The notes beneath the pieces are model-generated. The model was not told where the DNA came from. It searched no databases and saw only the letters and a list, made by a program, of their open reading frames with translations. Made by a program: the position numbers and the translations under genes. From an uncultured Bacteroidota bacterium (lineage in GTDB: Bacteria; Bacteroidota; Ignavibacteria; Kryptoniales; JAKASW01), in contig CAWBQQ010000001.1 in NCBI GenBank assembly GCA_963790995.1, positions 2,911,380-2,975,379 of the forward strand: a stretch of DNA of 64,000 nt, given 5' to 3'. Each line of letters begins with the position of its first letter. Within the stretch, counting starts at the first letter, position 1. Shown piece by piece: positions 10,188 through 21,626 of this stretch.

Positions 10188-11501
10188 TTAGATCCAATTT
10201 CTTTGTTTTGCAAAACTTGTAAGCTCATCTCTGAACTTGGGGTGTGCGATTCCAATCAATCCTCTGGCTCTTTCGCTGACTTTCTTCCCGTGAAGGTTTA
10301 CGACACCGTACTCTGTAGCGACATAATGCACGTCACCGCGCGAAGTGGTGACTCCGGCGCCTTCCATGAGATGGGAGGCAATTCTTGAGATGGCACCGTC
10401 TTTTGCGGTGGAAGGAAGAGCCATTATCGGCTTTCCACCTTCCGACCTCGCCGCACCCCGAACAAAATCAACCTGCCCGCCGAACCCGCTGTAAAAATCG
10501 TAACCCATTGAATCGGCACACACCTGTCCTGTGAGATCGATTTGGATAGCTGAGTTAATGGCGACCATCTTTCTGTTCTGACTTATCACAAACGGATCGT
10601 TCACATAGTGCGTAGGATGGAATTCAGCTATCGGATTATTATGGATGAAATCAAACAGTTTCTTGCTTCCGAGCACAAAGCCTGCAACAATCTTTCCGGG
10701 ATGAAGCGACTTCTTTTCGTTTGTTATAATACCGTTTTCCACGAGTTTTACGACGCCGTCCGAGAACATTTCGGAATGTATTCCCAGATCTTTCTTTCCT
10801 TCCAACGACATAAGCACAGCATCGGGGATTTTTCCGATGCCGAGCTGAAGAGTCGATCCGTCTTCGATCAAGTCGGAAATGTTAATGCCGATTTTTTTGT
10901 AGACCTCGATTTCTGCTTCGGTCGCGTCCGGCTCGACTTGAGGAAGCTCCATGATAGGTGCATCGACTTCGACCGCTTTGTGAATCTTGCTGACGTGGAT
11001 GAAACTGTCTCCCAGCGCCCGAGGCATATTATGATTTACCTGAGCGATAACTACTTTTGCCACTTCGGTCGCAGACTTTGTCACATCCACTCCGACGCCG
11101 AAACTGCAGAAGCCGTGTTCGTCAGGAGGGGAGACATGAATTAGCGCAACGTCTATTTTTAATTGGCCGGAGAAAAAAAGGCTCGATATCTCTGAAAGAA
11201 AGATCGGTACAAAATCGGCGCGGCCTTCATTTACGGCACCGCGAACGTTGCTGCCGATGAAGAGCGCGGTGTGTCTGAAATGCGAAGCCATCCCGGGTTC
11301 GGCATATTTTGCCTCACCCACAGTAAGTACGTGTATAACCTCGCAGCCGTAAAGCTCAGGTGAGCGATCCACCATGGCGCCGACCAATATTTCCGGCACG
11401 GCGCATCCGGGATGAAGATATACCTTGTCACCCGACTTTATGACCTTAACCGCCTCCTCAGCAGTCGTTATTCTGCTTCGATATGTGTCGATCCAGGACA
11501 T
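10188..11501 (-). CDS. acetyl-CoA hydrolase/transferase family protein (4-hydroxybutyrate CoA-transferase-like)
   Basis: 437 aa. The N-terminal block TAEEAVKVIKSGDKVYLHPGCAVPE and the ..GGQVDFVRGA.. block are typical of the Cat2/ACH1 CoA-transferase family. Confidence 0.8.
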   Translation of the reverse strand: MSWIDTYRSRITTAEEAVKVIKSGDKVYLHPGCAVPEILVGAMVDRSPELYGCEVIHVLTVGEAKYAEPGMASHFRHTALFIGSNVRGAVNEGRADFVPIFLSEISSLFFSGQLKIDVALIHVSPPDEHGFCSFGVGVDVTKSATEVAKVVIAQVNHNMPRALGDSFIHVSKIHKAVEVDAPIMELPQVEPDATEAEIEVYKKIGINISDLIEDGSTLQLGIGKIPDAVLMSLEGKKDLGIHSEMFSDGVVKLVENGIITNEKKSLHPGKIVAGFVLGSKKLFDFIHNNPIAEFHPTHYVNDPFVISQNRKMVAINSAIQIDLTGQVCADSMGYDFYSGFGGQVDFVRGAARSEGGKPIMALPSTAKDGAISRIASHLMEGAGVTTSRGDVHYVATEYGVVNLHGKKVSERARGLIGIAHPKFRDELTSFAKQRNWI

Positions 11502-11602
11502 ATCTTAAAAAGCAAAAGTTTTAGCTGCTGAGCACGCGAGGATAATCCATGATTTCCTTGTGTCAGAAGCATCATCCTTGAACACGTTTGCGTCCTTTGA
11601 GT

Positions 11603-12740
11603 TCATAAACATTTTTCAATCGGTAGAAACTGCTTTCCGAATATCTTTGCTGCTGTCTCTTGCGTAAAATTCCCGTCGAAAGCACAAACTCCCTTTGCGA
11701 GACCGCGATCTTCTTTTAACGCACTAGAAATGCCTTTCTGCGAAATTTCAATGACATAAGGCAGGATGGTATTGGTCAATGCATAGGTCGAAGTCCTTGC
11801 AACTGAACCTGTTATGTTAGGGACACAATAATGAATTACGTCATGGAGCACGAATACCGGGTCTTGAAGGGTCGTTGGCCTGCTTGTTTCGACACAGCCG
11901 CCTTGATCAATTGAGACGTCGATGATAACTGCGCCCGGTTTCATCGTCTTGACCATGTCTTCAGTTACTACGTGCGGGGTGCGTTCACCCCTCGTGGAGA
12001 CAGCTCCAATTAGAACGTCGGCATAAGCAGTGCTCTTCTTCACAATTATAGGCGTTGCAAGTGCCGTAGTGACACGCTTCGTGAGAAGTCGGTTGAACAT
12101 CTCGCAGATGTTTGATATCATGGTCGAGGACAATAACCTGGGCTCCAAATGCGGCCGCCGTTCGTGCAGCTTCAGTCCCGACAATTCCTGCTCCCAAAAT
12201 CACAATTGCGGCAGGCGCGATGCCCGCGGCCCCGCCGAGAATTATCCCTCGTCCACCGGCACGAGCAGAGTCCCGCGGATTCCCGGTCTCAAGCAAGCGG
12301 GCGGCAATAAAAATTGAAAGCTGCCCGGCGATCTCACTCATCGAATGAACAACGGGTCTATCGCCGTCCTCTGTCTCGACAAATTCATACCCGATCATGT
12401 TTATTCTTTTTTGCAGGACCGATTCGATAAACTGCGGACTAGCGACGGGAAGATTTAGGAAACTGAAGGTCGTCTGCCCGCGTTCCATCATAATGACCTC
12501 CTCCTCCGTGGGAGCTTCAACCGAACAAATCAGCTCGCATCGCCTGACCACTTCTTCTTTAGAATACACAACCGTGGCTCCGGCTTTACGATAAGCCTCA
12601 TCAAGGAACTTGCTTAGCGCGCCAGCATTTGACTGCACAAAAATCGACTGCCCGAGCTGCGTCAACGTCGCGACGGCAGATGGCGTTAACGAAACACGAT
12701 TCTCATGTTTCGCGATTTCGTTTGGAATGCCGATGTTCAT
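11603..12740 (-). pseudogene. ald: alanine dehydrogenase, split by an apparent 1-nt frameshift near 12090-12110
   Basis: ORF 11985-12740 encodes the N-terminal half (MNIGIPNEIAKHENRVSLTP.., VILGAGIVGTEAAR Rossmann motif). ORF 11603-12184 encodes the C-terminal half (..VIIDVSIDQGGCVETS.., HYCVPNITGSVARTST). The two frames join at ..VLDHDIKHLR|EMFNRLLTKRVTT.. Confidence 0.75.
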
Positions 12741-12807
12741 ATTTCAAAGCCAAGAGTTAAGATTCGAAGGTGAAAGATTTAATCTCGTTAATCTCAGGTT
12801 TTGGGTC

Positions 12808-14247
12808 CTAATTTTGGTGTTCGACCTTTGACTTCTGATTTTCCAGATATTCGTGAATCGCCGCGGCGGACCGCTGGCCATCTTCCATTGCAAGAATCAC
12901 GGTTGCGCCGCCGCGCGAAAGGTCTCCGCCGGCGAAAACTCCCGGACGACTCGTTTGACAGTTTTTATCGACCATGACCGTGCCACGTTTAGACATATTA
13001 AGACCCGGCGTAGTTGCCTGCAATATCGGATTCGGACGCTGACCTATCGCAAGAATGACCGTGTCAACATCCATGACATATTCAGAACCGGGAATCACAA
13101 CCGGCTTTCTTCGCCCCGACTCATCCGGTTCGCCGAGCTGCATCTTCACACATTCGATTGCCTTGACCCACTTATTTTCACCGGCAATGATTCGAATAGG
13201 ATTTGTCAGCATGTGAAACTCTATGCCTTCTTCTTCGGCATGGTGGACTTCCTCTTCGCGAGCCGGCATCTCCGCTTTACTCCGGCGATATATAAGATAT
13301 GATTTTTCCGTTCCGAGACGATTCGCAGTCCGGACTGCATCCATCGCAGTGTTGCCTCCGCCGATAACGGCGGCACTCTTTCCTATTTTGACAGGTGTAT
13401 CGTATTCAGGGAATCTATATCCATTCATGAAATTGACGCGAGTTAAGAATTCACTGGCAGAAAAAACGCCGGGGAAATTTTCGCCGGGGATGCCGAGAAA
13501 ATTCGGCGTTCCGGCTCCGGTTCCTAGAAATACTGAATTAAAACCATGATCATCCAACAGCTCATCGACTGTCGCCGTTCTACCAATTACAAAATTTGTC
13601 ATGATTTCCACGCCAAGCCCCTTTACGTTATCAATTTCGGCATCAAGTATCGATTTCGGGAGACGAAATTCAGGAATTCCATATCTCAAAACCCCGCCCG
13701 CAGAATGAAGAGCCTCGAAGATGGTGACATTGTAACCTAATTTTGCAAGCTCGGCGGCACATGTAAGGCCAGCAGGTCCCGACCCGACAATCGCAACTTT
13801 TTCCTCACGTTTTTTCTCCACTGTAAACCCGTTAGAAGCACCATGGTGCCTTTCATAATCTGCAACGAAGCGTTCCAATTTTCCTATTGCAACCGGTAAA
13901 TGCTTTTTCCCGATCGGACAAACCTCTTCGCATTGTGTTTCCTGCGGGCACACTCTGCCCGTTACCGCAGGCAAGTAATTCTTCTCTTTTATTTTCCTTG
14001 CGGCTCCGAGATAATCTTTTTCGACGATCAGTCTGATAAAACCCGGGATATCTATTCCCACGGGGCAGCCATCAACGCAAAGCGGTTTTTTGCATTCAAT
14101 GCAGCGGAGCATCTCTTGTGACACGAGATTTTCATCAAAGCCGAATGAGACTTCTTCGAAATTATGTCTTCGAACATTCGCATCCTGTTCAATCGGAACC
14201 TGTCTTCGAATTTTCAACCTCTCCGAAGGTTTCAGAGTGTTAGGCAT
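12808..14247 (-). CDS. nfnB: GltD/NfnB/SudA-family NAD(P)H oxidoreductase, large subunit
   Basis: N-terminal Fe-S Cys clusters (CIECKKPLCVDGCP, CPQETQCEEVCP) and two dinucleotide-binding motifs (IVGSGPAGL, VIGGGNTAMD). It overlaps the upstream partner gene by 8 nt. Confidence 0.7.
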   Translation of the reverse strand: MPNTLKPSERLKIRRQVPIEQDANVRRHNFEEVSFGFDENLVSQEMLRCIECKKPLCVDGCPVGIDIPGFIRLIVEKDYLGAARKIKEKNYLPAVTGRVCPQETQCEEVCPIGKKHLPVAIGKLERFVADYERHHGASNGFTVEKKREEKVAIVGSGPAGLTCAAELAKLGYNVTIFEALHSAGGVLRYGIPEFRLPKSILDAEIDNVKGLGVEIMTNFVIGRTATVDELLDDHGFNSVFLGTGAGTPNFLGIPGENFPGVFSASEFLTRVNFMNGYRFPEYDTPVKIGKSAAVIGGGNTAMDAVRTANRLGTEKSYLIYRRSKAEMPAREEEVHHAEEEGIEFHMLTNPIRIIAGENKWVKAIECVKMQLGEPDESGRRKPVVIPGSEYVMDVDTVILAIGQRPNPILQATTPGLNMSKRGTVMVDKNCQTSRPGVFAGGDLSRGGATVILAMEDGQRSAAAIHEYLENQKSKVEHQN

Positions 14248-15127
14248 GCGCAGCCTCCTTCATACCCGATTTGCAATTATGGTGCGAGAAGTCTTGCCGC
14301 CCAAGTTCCTCTTCGAATTTTTCCAACGACAATTTTTCCGAATCGACGTAGCTTCGATTCCGGGTAATAAGCTCGTCGAAATTAACGAGATGTCCATCGA
14401 ATTCCGGTCCGTCAACACAAGCAAATTTTGTTTCAGTTCCAATCGACACGCGGCATGCCCCGCACATTCCTGTCCCGTCCATCATGATCGGGTTCAAGCT
14501 TACAAAAGTCCGAATTCCGATCGGTTTCGTAAAATCCGATACCGCTTTCATCATTATGATTGGTCCGATCGCATAAACAGACTTGACACTCGCATCCTTT
14601 CTTAGGTACGCATCAAGAGCATTTGTGACTAATCCCTTGACTCCGTAAGAGCCATCGTCCGTTGTGATGAAAAACTCGTCGGAGATTTCCCTCAGCTCGT
14701 TCTCGAGTATTACAAGATCTTTCGACCGAGCGCCGATTATAGTAATGAGCTTATTGCCGGCATTCTTCAATGAGCGGGCTATCGGATAAACTTCAGCCGT
14801 CCCCACACCGCCGCCTATGCAAACAACCGTACCATAATTATGGATTGGCGTCGGGTTGCCGAGAGGACCGGCAACGTCTAAGATAAAATCTCCTTTCTCC
14901 TGCAAACTCAAAAGCTTAGTGGTTTTGCCGATGGTCTGTACCATTATGGTTATTGTACCGGCATCCTGATTTGAGTCCACAATAGTCAGCGGGATTCGCT
15001 CGCCGTGTTCGTTGACTCTTAAGATGACAAAATTTCCCGCCTTGTGTTTCCGGGCGACGTAAGGTGCTTTGATTACGAATTTCGTGATTGATTTTGCAGG
15101 GGTCTCTTTATTTAATATTTCGAACAT
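14240..15127 (-). CDS. nfnA: NfnA/SudB-family FAD/NAD(P)-binding ferredoxin reductase-like subunit
   Basis: FNR/PyrK-like fold (GNFVILRV.., CIGGGVGTAEVYP) with a C-terminal Cys cluster GTGMCGACRV..CVDGPEF. It is paired with the GltD-like subunit, as in NfnAB/sulfide dehydrogenase. Confidence 0.7.
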   Translation of the reverse strand: MFEILNKETPAKSITKFVIKAPYVARKHKAGNFVILRVNEHGERIPLTIVDSNQDAGTITIMVQTIGKTTKLLSLQEKGDFILDVAGPLGNPTPIHNYGTVVCIGGGVGTAEVYPIARSLKNAGNKLITIIGARSKDLVILENELREISDEFFITTDDGSYGVKGLVTNALDAYLRKDASVKSVYAIGPIIMMKAVSDFTKPIGIRTFVSLNPIMMDGTGMCGACRVSIGTETKFACVDGPEFDGHLVNFDELITRNRSYVDSEKLSLEKFEEELGRQDFSHHNCKSGMKEAAHA

Positions 15128-15564
15128 TAATTGTTCCTTTCCCCTCGCATGATCGATGCGAGATTGGGAATTGAGGTCTCATGAATTGCGTCACGAATGC
15201 AGACAGACGAGGCATCTCTCAGAAATTCGTGCTCGTGCTTGGTTTCCGGTTGACGAATAACAAAATAGGAGCGGACATTTTCCACGTAGTCGAAAAAGTC
15301 CGGCGCAATGGTCTTGCAGAGCCCGCAGCCATTACAGTTTTTCGTCACAAAAAACTGGCGTGAAGCTGCTTTATTACTTCCGCAGGAATTTTCCGAGATG
15401 CTCAATAATTCGCATGAAGGTTTGTCCTCCCATCGATCCCCCACACCAGGCTTGATTTTGTAAAAACCTTCCTTATCTTGACAACCTTTCGGCGTTTTCA
15501 CTTTTTCAATAATGATCAGACCGAAATTTATTAGCCAAATTGTAATGACTGCGTACCAGATCAT
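15127..15564 (-). CDS. membrane-anchored ferredoxin-like protein
   Basis: N-terminal TM helix (IWYAVITIWLINFGLIIIE). The C-terminal motif NCNGCGLCKTIAPDFF....SVCIRDAIHE is of the small-ferredoxin type. The stop overlaps the nfnA-like start by 1 nt. Confidence 0.5.
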   Translation of the reverse strand: MIWYAVITIWLINFGLIIIEKVKTPKGCQDKEGFYKIKPGVGDRWEDKPSCELLSISENSCGSNKAASRQFFVTKNCNGCGLCKTIAPDFFDYVENVRSYFVIRQPETKHEHEFLRDASSVCIRDAIHETSIPNLASIMRGERNN

Positions 15565-15825
15565 CGCTCCTCCCTTAGCTAAGAATTATTGCAAAGTCCT
15601 GTGCGGCATAATTAGCCGTCATGTCAGCACTATGTTTGAGTTGATTTCCACAATTTGACAGAACCACTGCCTTCACGTTTGGCAACTGATGTGCCGATTT
15701 TTTCTCGAATAATCTACTGATTAAGAGTGTAGATTTCGGGGCAAGGTCAATTTTCCGCATCGTCGGTGGCAAGATTCCGTAAATTTTAACGCTCGTGACG
15801 GGAAAAATGGTGTCACATCAAGATT

Positions 15826-15903
15826 TTGGCACTTACGTGAGAAGAGTGCTTGACTTTGAATTGGAGGTAGCCTAAATTAGCACTCACAGAGAACAGTGCC
15901 AGA
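15826..15903 (+). promoter_or_regulatory. groESL promoter flanked by two CIRCE-like inverted repeats (HrcA operator type)
   Basis: TTGGCACTT-N9-GAGTGCTTG lies at 15826-15852 and TTAGCACTC-N9-AGTGCCAGA at 15877-15903; the consensus is TTAGCACTC-N9-GAGTGCTAA. Between them are TTGACT (15850-15855), a 17-nt spacer and TAAATT (15873-15878). Confidence 0.6.
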
Positions 15904-15968
15904 ACATGAATCATTCTTTGGAAGGCACTTAAATTCAAAAGAACATTTTAAAATAGGAGGGTTAATAA

Positions 15969-16250
15969 ATGAAGATTAAACCGTTGGCAGACAGGGTTGT
16001 CGTAAAGCCGCTGGAAGCCGAAGAGAAAACCAAAGGTGGACTCTTTGTGCCCGACACGGCGAAGGAACGCCCGCAACAAGGTGAGATCGTTGCAGTTGGA
16101 CCCGGAAGAACCGAGGACGGGAAGAAAATTCCGCCTGAAGTCAAGGTCGGAGACAAAATTTTATATGGGAAATACTCCGGTACTGAAGTCACTTACGACG
16201 GAGTCGAGTACCTCATCATGCGCGAGAGCGACATTTTTGCAATTTTATAA
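15969..16250 (+). CDS. groES: co-chaperonin GroES
   Basis: 93 aa with [43 protein letters not shown] is present and the gene sits directly upstream of groEL. Confidence 0.95.
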   Translation: MKIKPLADRVVVKPLEAEEKTKGGLFVPDTAKERPQQGEIVAVGPGRTEDGKKIPPEVKVGDKILYGKYSGTEVTYDGVEYLIMRESDIFAIL

Positions 16251-16255
16251 ATTAA

Positions 16256-17902
<1,647 letters not shown>

Positions 17903-17954
17903 ACAAAGTCAAAATCTTGCCCTGAACAAATCTGAAGGGTAAAAAGTCAAAACG

Positions 17955-17982
17955 AAAAGTCCCGCTCTCGCGGGACTTTTTA
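17955..17982 (+). terminator. Rho-independent terminator after groEL
   Basis: The stem GTCCCGC (17959-17965) / GCGGGAC (17970-17976) has loop TCTC. It is preceded by AAAA and followed by TTTTT. Confidence 0.8.
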
Positions 17983-18352
17983 TTGTAAGGCATTTTAACC
18001 GGCCCCCGATTGTACTAATGATACGTTAGTGATCCGGTCAGATATTGACAACCTGAGCCGGATAAACTTCTCCGGGAGCTTGGGGGTCTGTACCGAAGTG
18101 AACTTTGAGGTTTGACTGCGCTGTACTGGAACCTTGAGCTATCATTGACTACGCTTGCTTCCGTAAGCGTATCAAATACTCTCGATTTAGTAACTCATCT
18201 CTTTACTTCACGTTAAACGACTTTAGGCACAACCGCGTTCCGCTGAAGTAGAAGTACAATCACATTTTCAAAGTCATGTTGAACTATGCTTATCAGGACA
18301 GGAAGTGGGCAGCATAACACTGGCATTCAGGGGCAATTCTGACATTACTGAC

Positions 18353-19969
18353 TTATACGGATTTCAGTTTTCTCCAGAGCGTTGACCCATCTATTCCAAG
18401 TATCTTTGCCGCCTTTGTCTTATTGCCATCGGTGAGATGAAGAACTCGTTCGATGTACGAGCGCTCCATTTGCTCCAGAGTCGGATTGCCATCAAGCACG
18501 GACTTGAATGATTTCTCAACCGCGTTAACTATCGCGCCTGGAAAATGCTGGGGCAAAATATTTCCATCCGGGCTGAGAATGGCGGCCCTTTCAATTGCGT
18601 TCTCCAATTCCCGTACATTTCCCGGCCAGCCATATTCCTGGAGGCAATCTACGCACGAGGAGTCTAAGTGAAGGTTTCGGATTTGCAGTTTCTTCGCCGT
18701 GCGGTCAACAAAGAATCTCGTCAGGGGGAGTATGTCCTCCTTGCGCTCACGCAGCGGAGGAACCTTGAGCTCCATGACGCTCAGCCTGTAATATAAGTCC
18801 TCTCTGAACTTGCCCTGCCTGATAAGTTCTTGCAGATCCTTGTTCGTGGCGGCAATGATTCTTATATCCACTTTGCGTGTAACGCTTTCGCCGACTCGCA
18901 TGACCTCGCGCTCCTGCAACACGCGGAGTATTTTCATCTGCATCGCGGCGCCGATGTCCCCGATCTCGTCGAGGAATATCGTACCTTTGTCCGCAACCTC
19001 GAATAATCCAGTCCTATCTTTGTTCGCGCCGGTAAAAGCGCCTGCTTTATGACCGAAGAGTTCGCTTTCGAGAAGAGATTCAGGAAGTGCACCGCAGTTC
19101 ACTGCTATGAACTGCCGCCTCGCACGGGATGATAGTTTGTGTATGTATTTCGCGAGCACTTCCTTGCCAGCACCAGTCTCCCCGGTTATCAACACGGTCG
19201 AGTCGTATGGTGCGACCTTGTTGGCGATGAGCAGGACATGCCTGTACGCCTTGCTGTGTATCTCTATGAAAGAAAGCTTAGCCACCGTTCCGAGCGCCTC
19301 AATTTCTTTCTCGTATTTCTTCAGGAGTGAAGATTTCTGCCTCAGCTGCTCGGTGAGTTTCTGTATCTTTATGTTTATGTCGTGCGCCTTGAAATAATCG
19401 AGATATGGATTTATCTCCTTTCCCCAGGCGATGAGATCTTTCCCGATGGCACGGCAAACATCCTTGCCCTCCGCTCTGCACGACTGTTCAATAAAGTAAG
19501 TGTCTTTGCCGATGCAGAACGAGGCGAATCCGCTAAAATATCCCGCTAATATCCAGCACACAGGATGTGTCGATTGACCAAATGTGTACAGATGCTCCTG
19601 CGCCTCCTTCGAGTCGTACCAGCTTACTTCCATTTGAAATTTTCCCGACTGCGCGTCGTAAGCGAGACCGTTTACGACGTCTCTCGCTATGCCTTCAAGC
19701 GAATGAAGCTTACAACCGGCTCTGATCAGCTCTTCAGAGTTATCCCATTTGAAGTTGTTCATTAGAACGGAGGCATCTGCCTGCCCCTGGAAGTATCCGA
19801 ATCGCGTGAGGATGTTTCGCGCATGTTCGAGCCCCGCACTGTCAATGAGGTCCTTGCGCAGCTGTGCAAATGCGTGAAGGCTGTGAATGACAACTTCGCG
19901 CCCTCGAAGCGTGAGGGTTCCGTCCGCAAAGTTTACCATTTCCTCTAATCTTAAGTCGTCAGCCTTCAT
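18353..19969 (-). CDS. sigma-54-dependent transcriptional activator, XylR/DmpR type (V4R-like sensor)
   Basis: The N-terminal region resembles XylR_N/V4R. The central AAA+ domain carries GETGAGKE, ESELFGH and GAFTGA. A C-terminal Fis-type HTH is present (KTKAAKILGIDGSTLWRKL). Confidence 0.85.
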   Translation of the reverse strand: MKADDLRLEEMVNFADGTLTLRGREVVIHSLHAFAQLRKDLIDSAGLEHARNILTRFGYFQGQADASVLMNNFKWDNSEELIRAGCKLHSLEGIARDVVNGLAYDAQSGKFQMEVSWYDSKEAQEHLYTFGQSTHPVCWILAGYFSGFASFCIGKDTYFIEQSCRAEGKDVCRAIGKDLIAWGKEINPYLDYFKAHDINIKIQKLTEQLRQKSSLLKKYEKEIEALGTVAKLSFIEIHSKAYRHVLLIANKVAPYDSTVLITGETGAGKEVLAKYIHKLSSRARRQFIAVNCGALPESLLESELFGHKAGAFTGANKDRTGLFEVADKGTIFLDEIGDIGAAMQMKILRVLQEREVMRVGESVTRKVDIRIIAATNKDLQELIRQGKFREDLYYRLSVMELKVPPLRERKEDILPLTRFFVDRTAKKLQIRNLHLDSSCVDCLQEYGWPGNVRELENAIERAAILSPDGNILPQHFPGAIVNAVEKSFKSVLDGNPTLEQMERSYIERVLHLTDGNKTKAAKILGIDGSTLWRKLKSV

Positions 19970-20334
19970 AACTGGACCATTTCATTTTGGGATTTGCTAG
20001 CGTCATCTCAGAGCGACTGTATATCCGTCCACGCGTCATTCCCAGACGTGAGCGCTTCAGGCGCAATAGCGTGCAGCGCCACTTCGATCGGGAATCCATT
20101 AGTATAATGGAGATAAACTCCGGGTAAAATCACGCGTGATTGATAACAATAAAGATTGTCAAGGTGCCTCTCTCAAATAAAAACACTATTTCATTTTGCA
20201 ATAGAACTATTGTAATATACAATATCCATTGCAAAGTAAATATCCAGTTACGCGTCACATGCGTCGAAATAGCCCTTATTCTTGCGGCATGCCTATTGAA
20301 CTATAAGCATTGCAAATAAAAACGAGGATGCAAG

Positions 20335-21564
20335 ATGTACACGCTGCTTAAGGAAAACGCGAACTACCTGGGAACGAAGGCCGCTGAGTTCACTGCTGAA
20401 CTGGTCCGAACGCCTAGCCTGAGCCTTTGCGAGAATGGTGTCGCCAGGATGGTTGAGAAGAAAATGGACGAGCTTAGTTACGACAAGGTGATCGTGGATG
20501 ATTTTGGAAATGTAATAGGCATTATCTACGGTACAGAATCGGCCCCGACTGTTTTGTTGAATAGCCACATAGATACTGTCTCACCTGACAGTGGAAATCA
20601 GGGTTGGGAAATTCCTCCGTACTCGGGTCAAATTAGCAACGGAATATTGTACGGGTTAGGGAGCTCCGACTGTAAAAGCGGACTTGCCATGCAAATCTAT
20701 GCAGGCTACCTGTTGAAGCGCGCGCTTCTTCCGCTCCGCGGGACGCTTATCGTGGCGGCCACGGTGTCGGAGGAAAACGGTTTGAGTCTAGGGGTACAGC
20801 ACCTCATCTCGAAGACTCTGGCAGATATGAAGATTAAGGTGGACTATGCAATACTCGGCGAACCGACAGGCCTCGGCTTGTTCTACGGTCACGACGGGTG
20901 GGCTGAGTTCCGCATCGGCATGGATTCCCCAAATCCGAATTTCCTGCGCGATGCCGCGAACGCCGTCTTTCAAAACCTGCTCGTTGCCAGCGAATTAAAG
21001 AGTCTACCGGGGTACATAGAGCTTATAAATGTTGACAGGCCGGAATTCAATCGCAACAATGGTGATGCGCACATCTCATTCAGCCGCAGGCTGTACCCTG
21101 ATGACAACGCGGAGGAGCTGGGAGAAAAGATAAAAGAATTCGGTCTGCAAAATATATCCCGGGAACCCGGTCTAAACATGAAGGTCATGATACGAGAGGA
21201 GGCACAAAAGCTCCAGAGCGGGCAAACAATACAGGTGAGGTATCTAAGCAACGCGTGGGAGACCGACCCCTTCTCTCCTTTGATGGACCGCTCGCGGCAG
21301 GCGCTAAGCTCGGCGGGATGCAAGACCCAGCCGGGCAAATGGCTTTTGCCGCGTCTCGGCATGGGGACGGCGGGAAGCATACTGACGAAGAGATTCAACA
21401 TCCCAACAATCGGGTATGGACCCGGGGCGGAAGAAGTTGCCCATTCGGTAAAGGAGTGCGTTGAGCTCGATAAGATTACCGAAGGTCTTCTCGGCACCGC
21501 ATCGATTGTCCACAGCCTTGCGGGCATACCTGTCTTCGGGTGGACATCAGATATGGAAATATAG
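20335..21564 (+). CDS. M20-family metallopeptidase (ArgE/DapE/YgeY-like)
   Basis: NSHIDTV, GLGSSDCKSG and VSEENG metal-ligand blocks in a 409-aa protein, with a dimerisation-domain-sized insert. Confidence 0.75.
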   Translation: MYTLLKENANYLGTKAAEFTAELVRTPSLSLCENGVARMVEKKMDELSYDKVIVDDFGNVIGIIYGTESAPTVLLNSHIDTVSPDSGNQGWEIPPYSGQISNGILYGLGSSDCKSGLAMQIYAGYLLKRALLPLRGTLIVAATVSEENGLSLGVQHLISKTLADMKIKVDYAILGEPTGLGLFYGHDGWAEFRIGMDSPNPNFLRDAANAVFQNLLVASELKSLPGYIELINVDRPEFNRNNGDAHISFSRRLYPDDNAEELGEKIKEFGLQNISREPGLNMKVMIREEAQKLQSGQTIQVRYLSNAWETDPFSPLMDRSRQALSSAGCKTQPGKWLLPRLGMGTAGSILTKRFNIPTIGYGPGAEEVAHSVKECVELDKITEGLLGTASIVHSLAGIPVFGWTSDMEI

Positions 21565-21626
21565 ACCATGGATCAGAGTATATCTTTATTGAAGACAAAA
21601 TGGCGCGCAACTATTAGAATGTCCAA

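Noticed and set aside
17990-18352. A 360-bp non-coding stretch after groEL that might be an IS or transposase remnant. Its minus-strand translation includes ..DTLTEASVVNDSSRFQ..
   Set aside because: The only similarity is a vague resemblance of a few residues to a DDE-transposase 'DSS/DST' motif. There are no inverted repeats and multiple stops, so the call cannot be supported.
20285-20300. A candidate sigma-54 promoter, cGGCAT-N5-TTGAA, upstream of the M20 peptidase gene.
   Set aside because: The -12 GC dinucleotide is missing and the -24 element is imperfect. It is kept only as a hypothesis inside the control-region finding and is not annotated as a feature.
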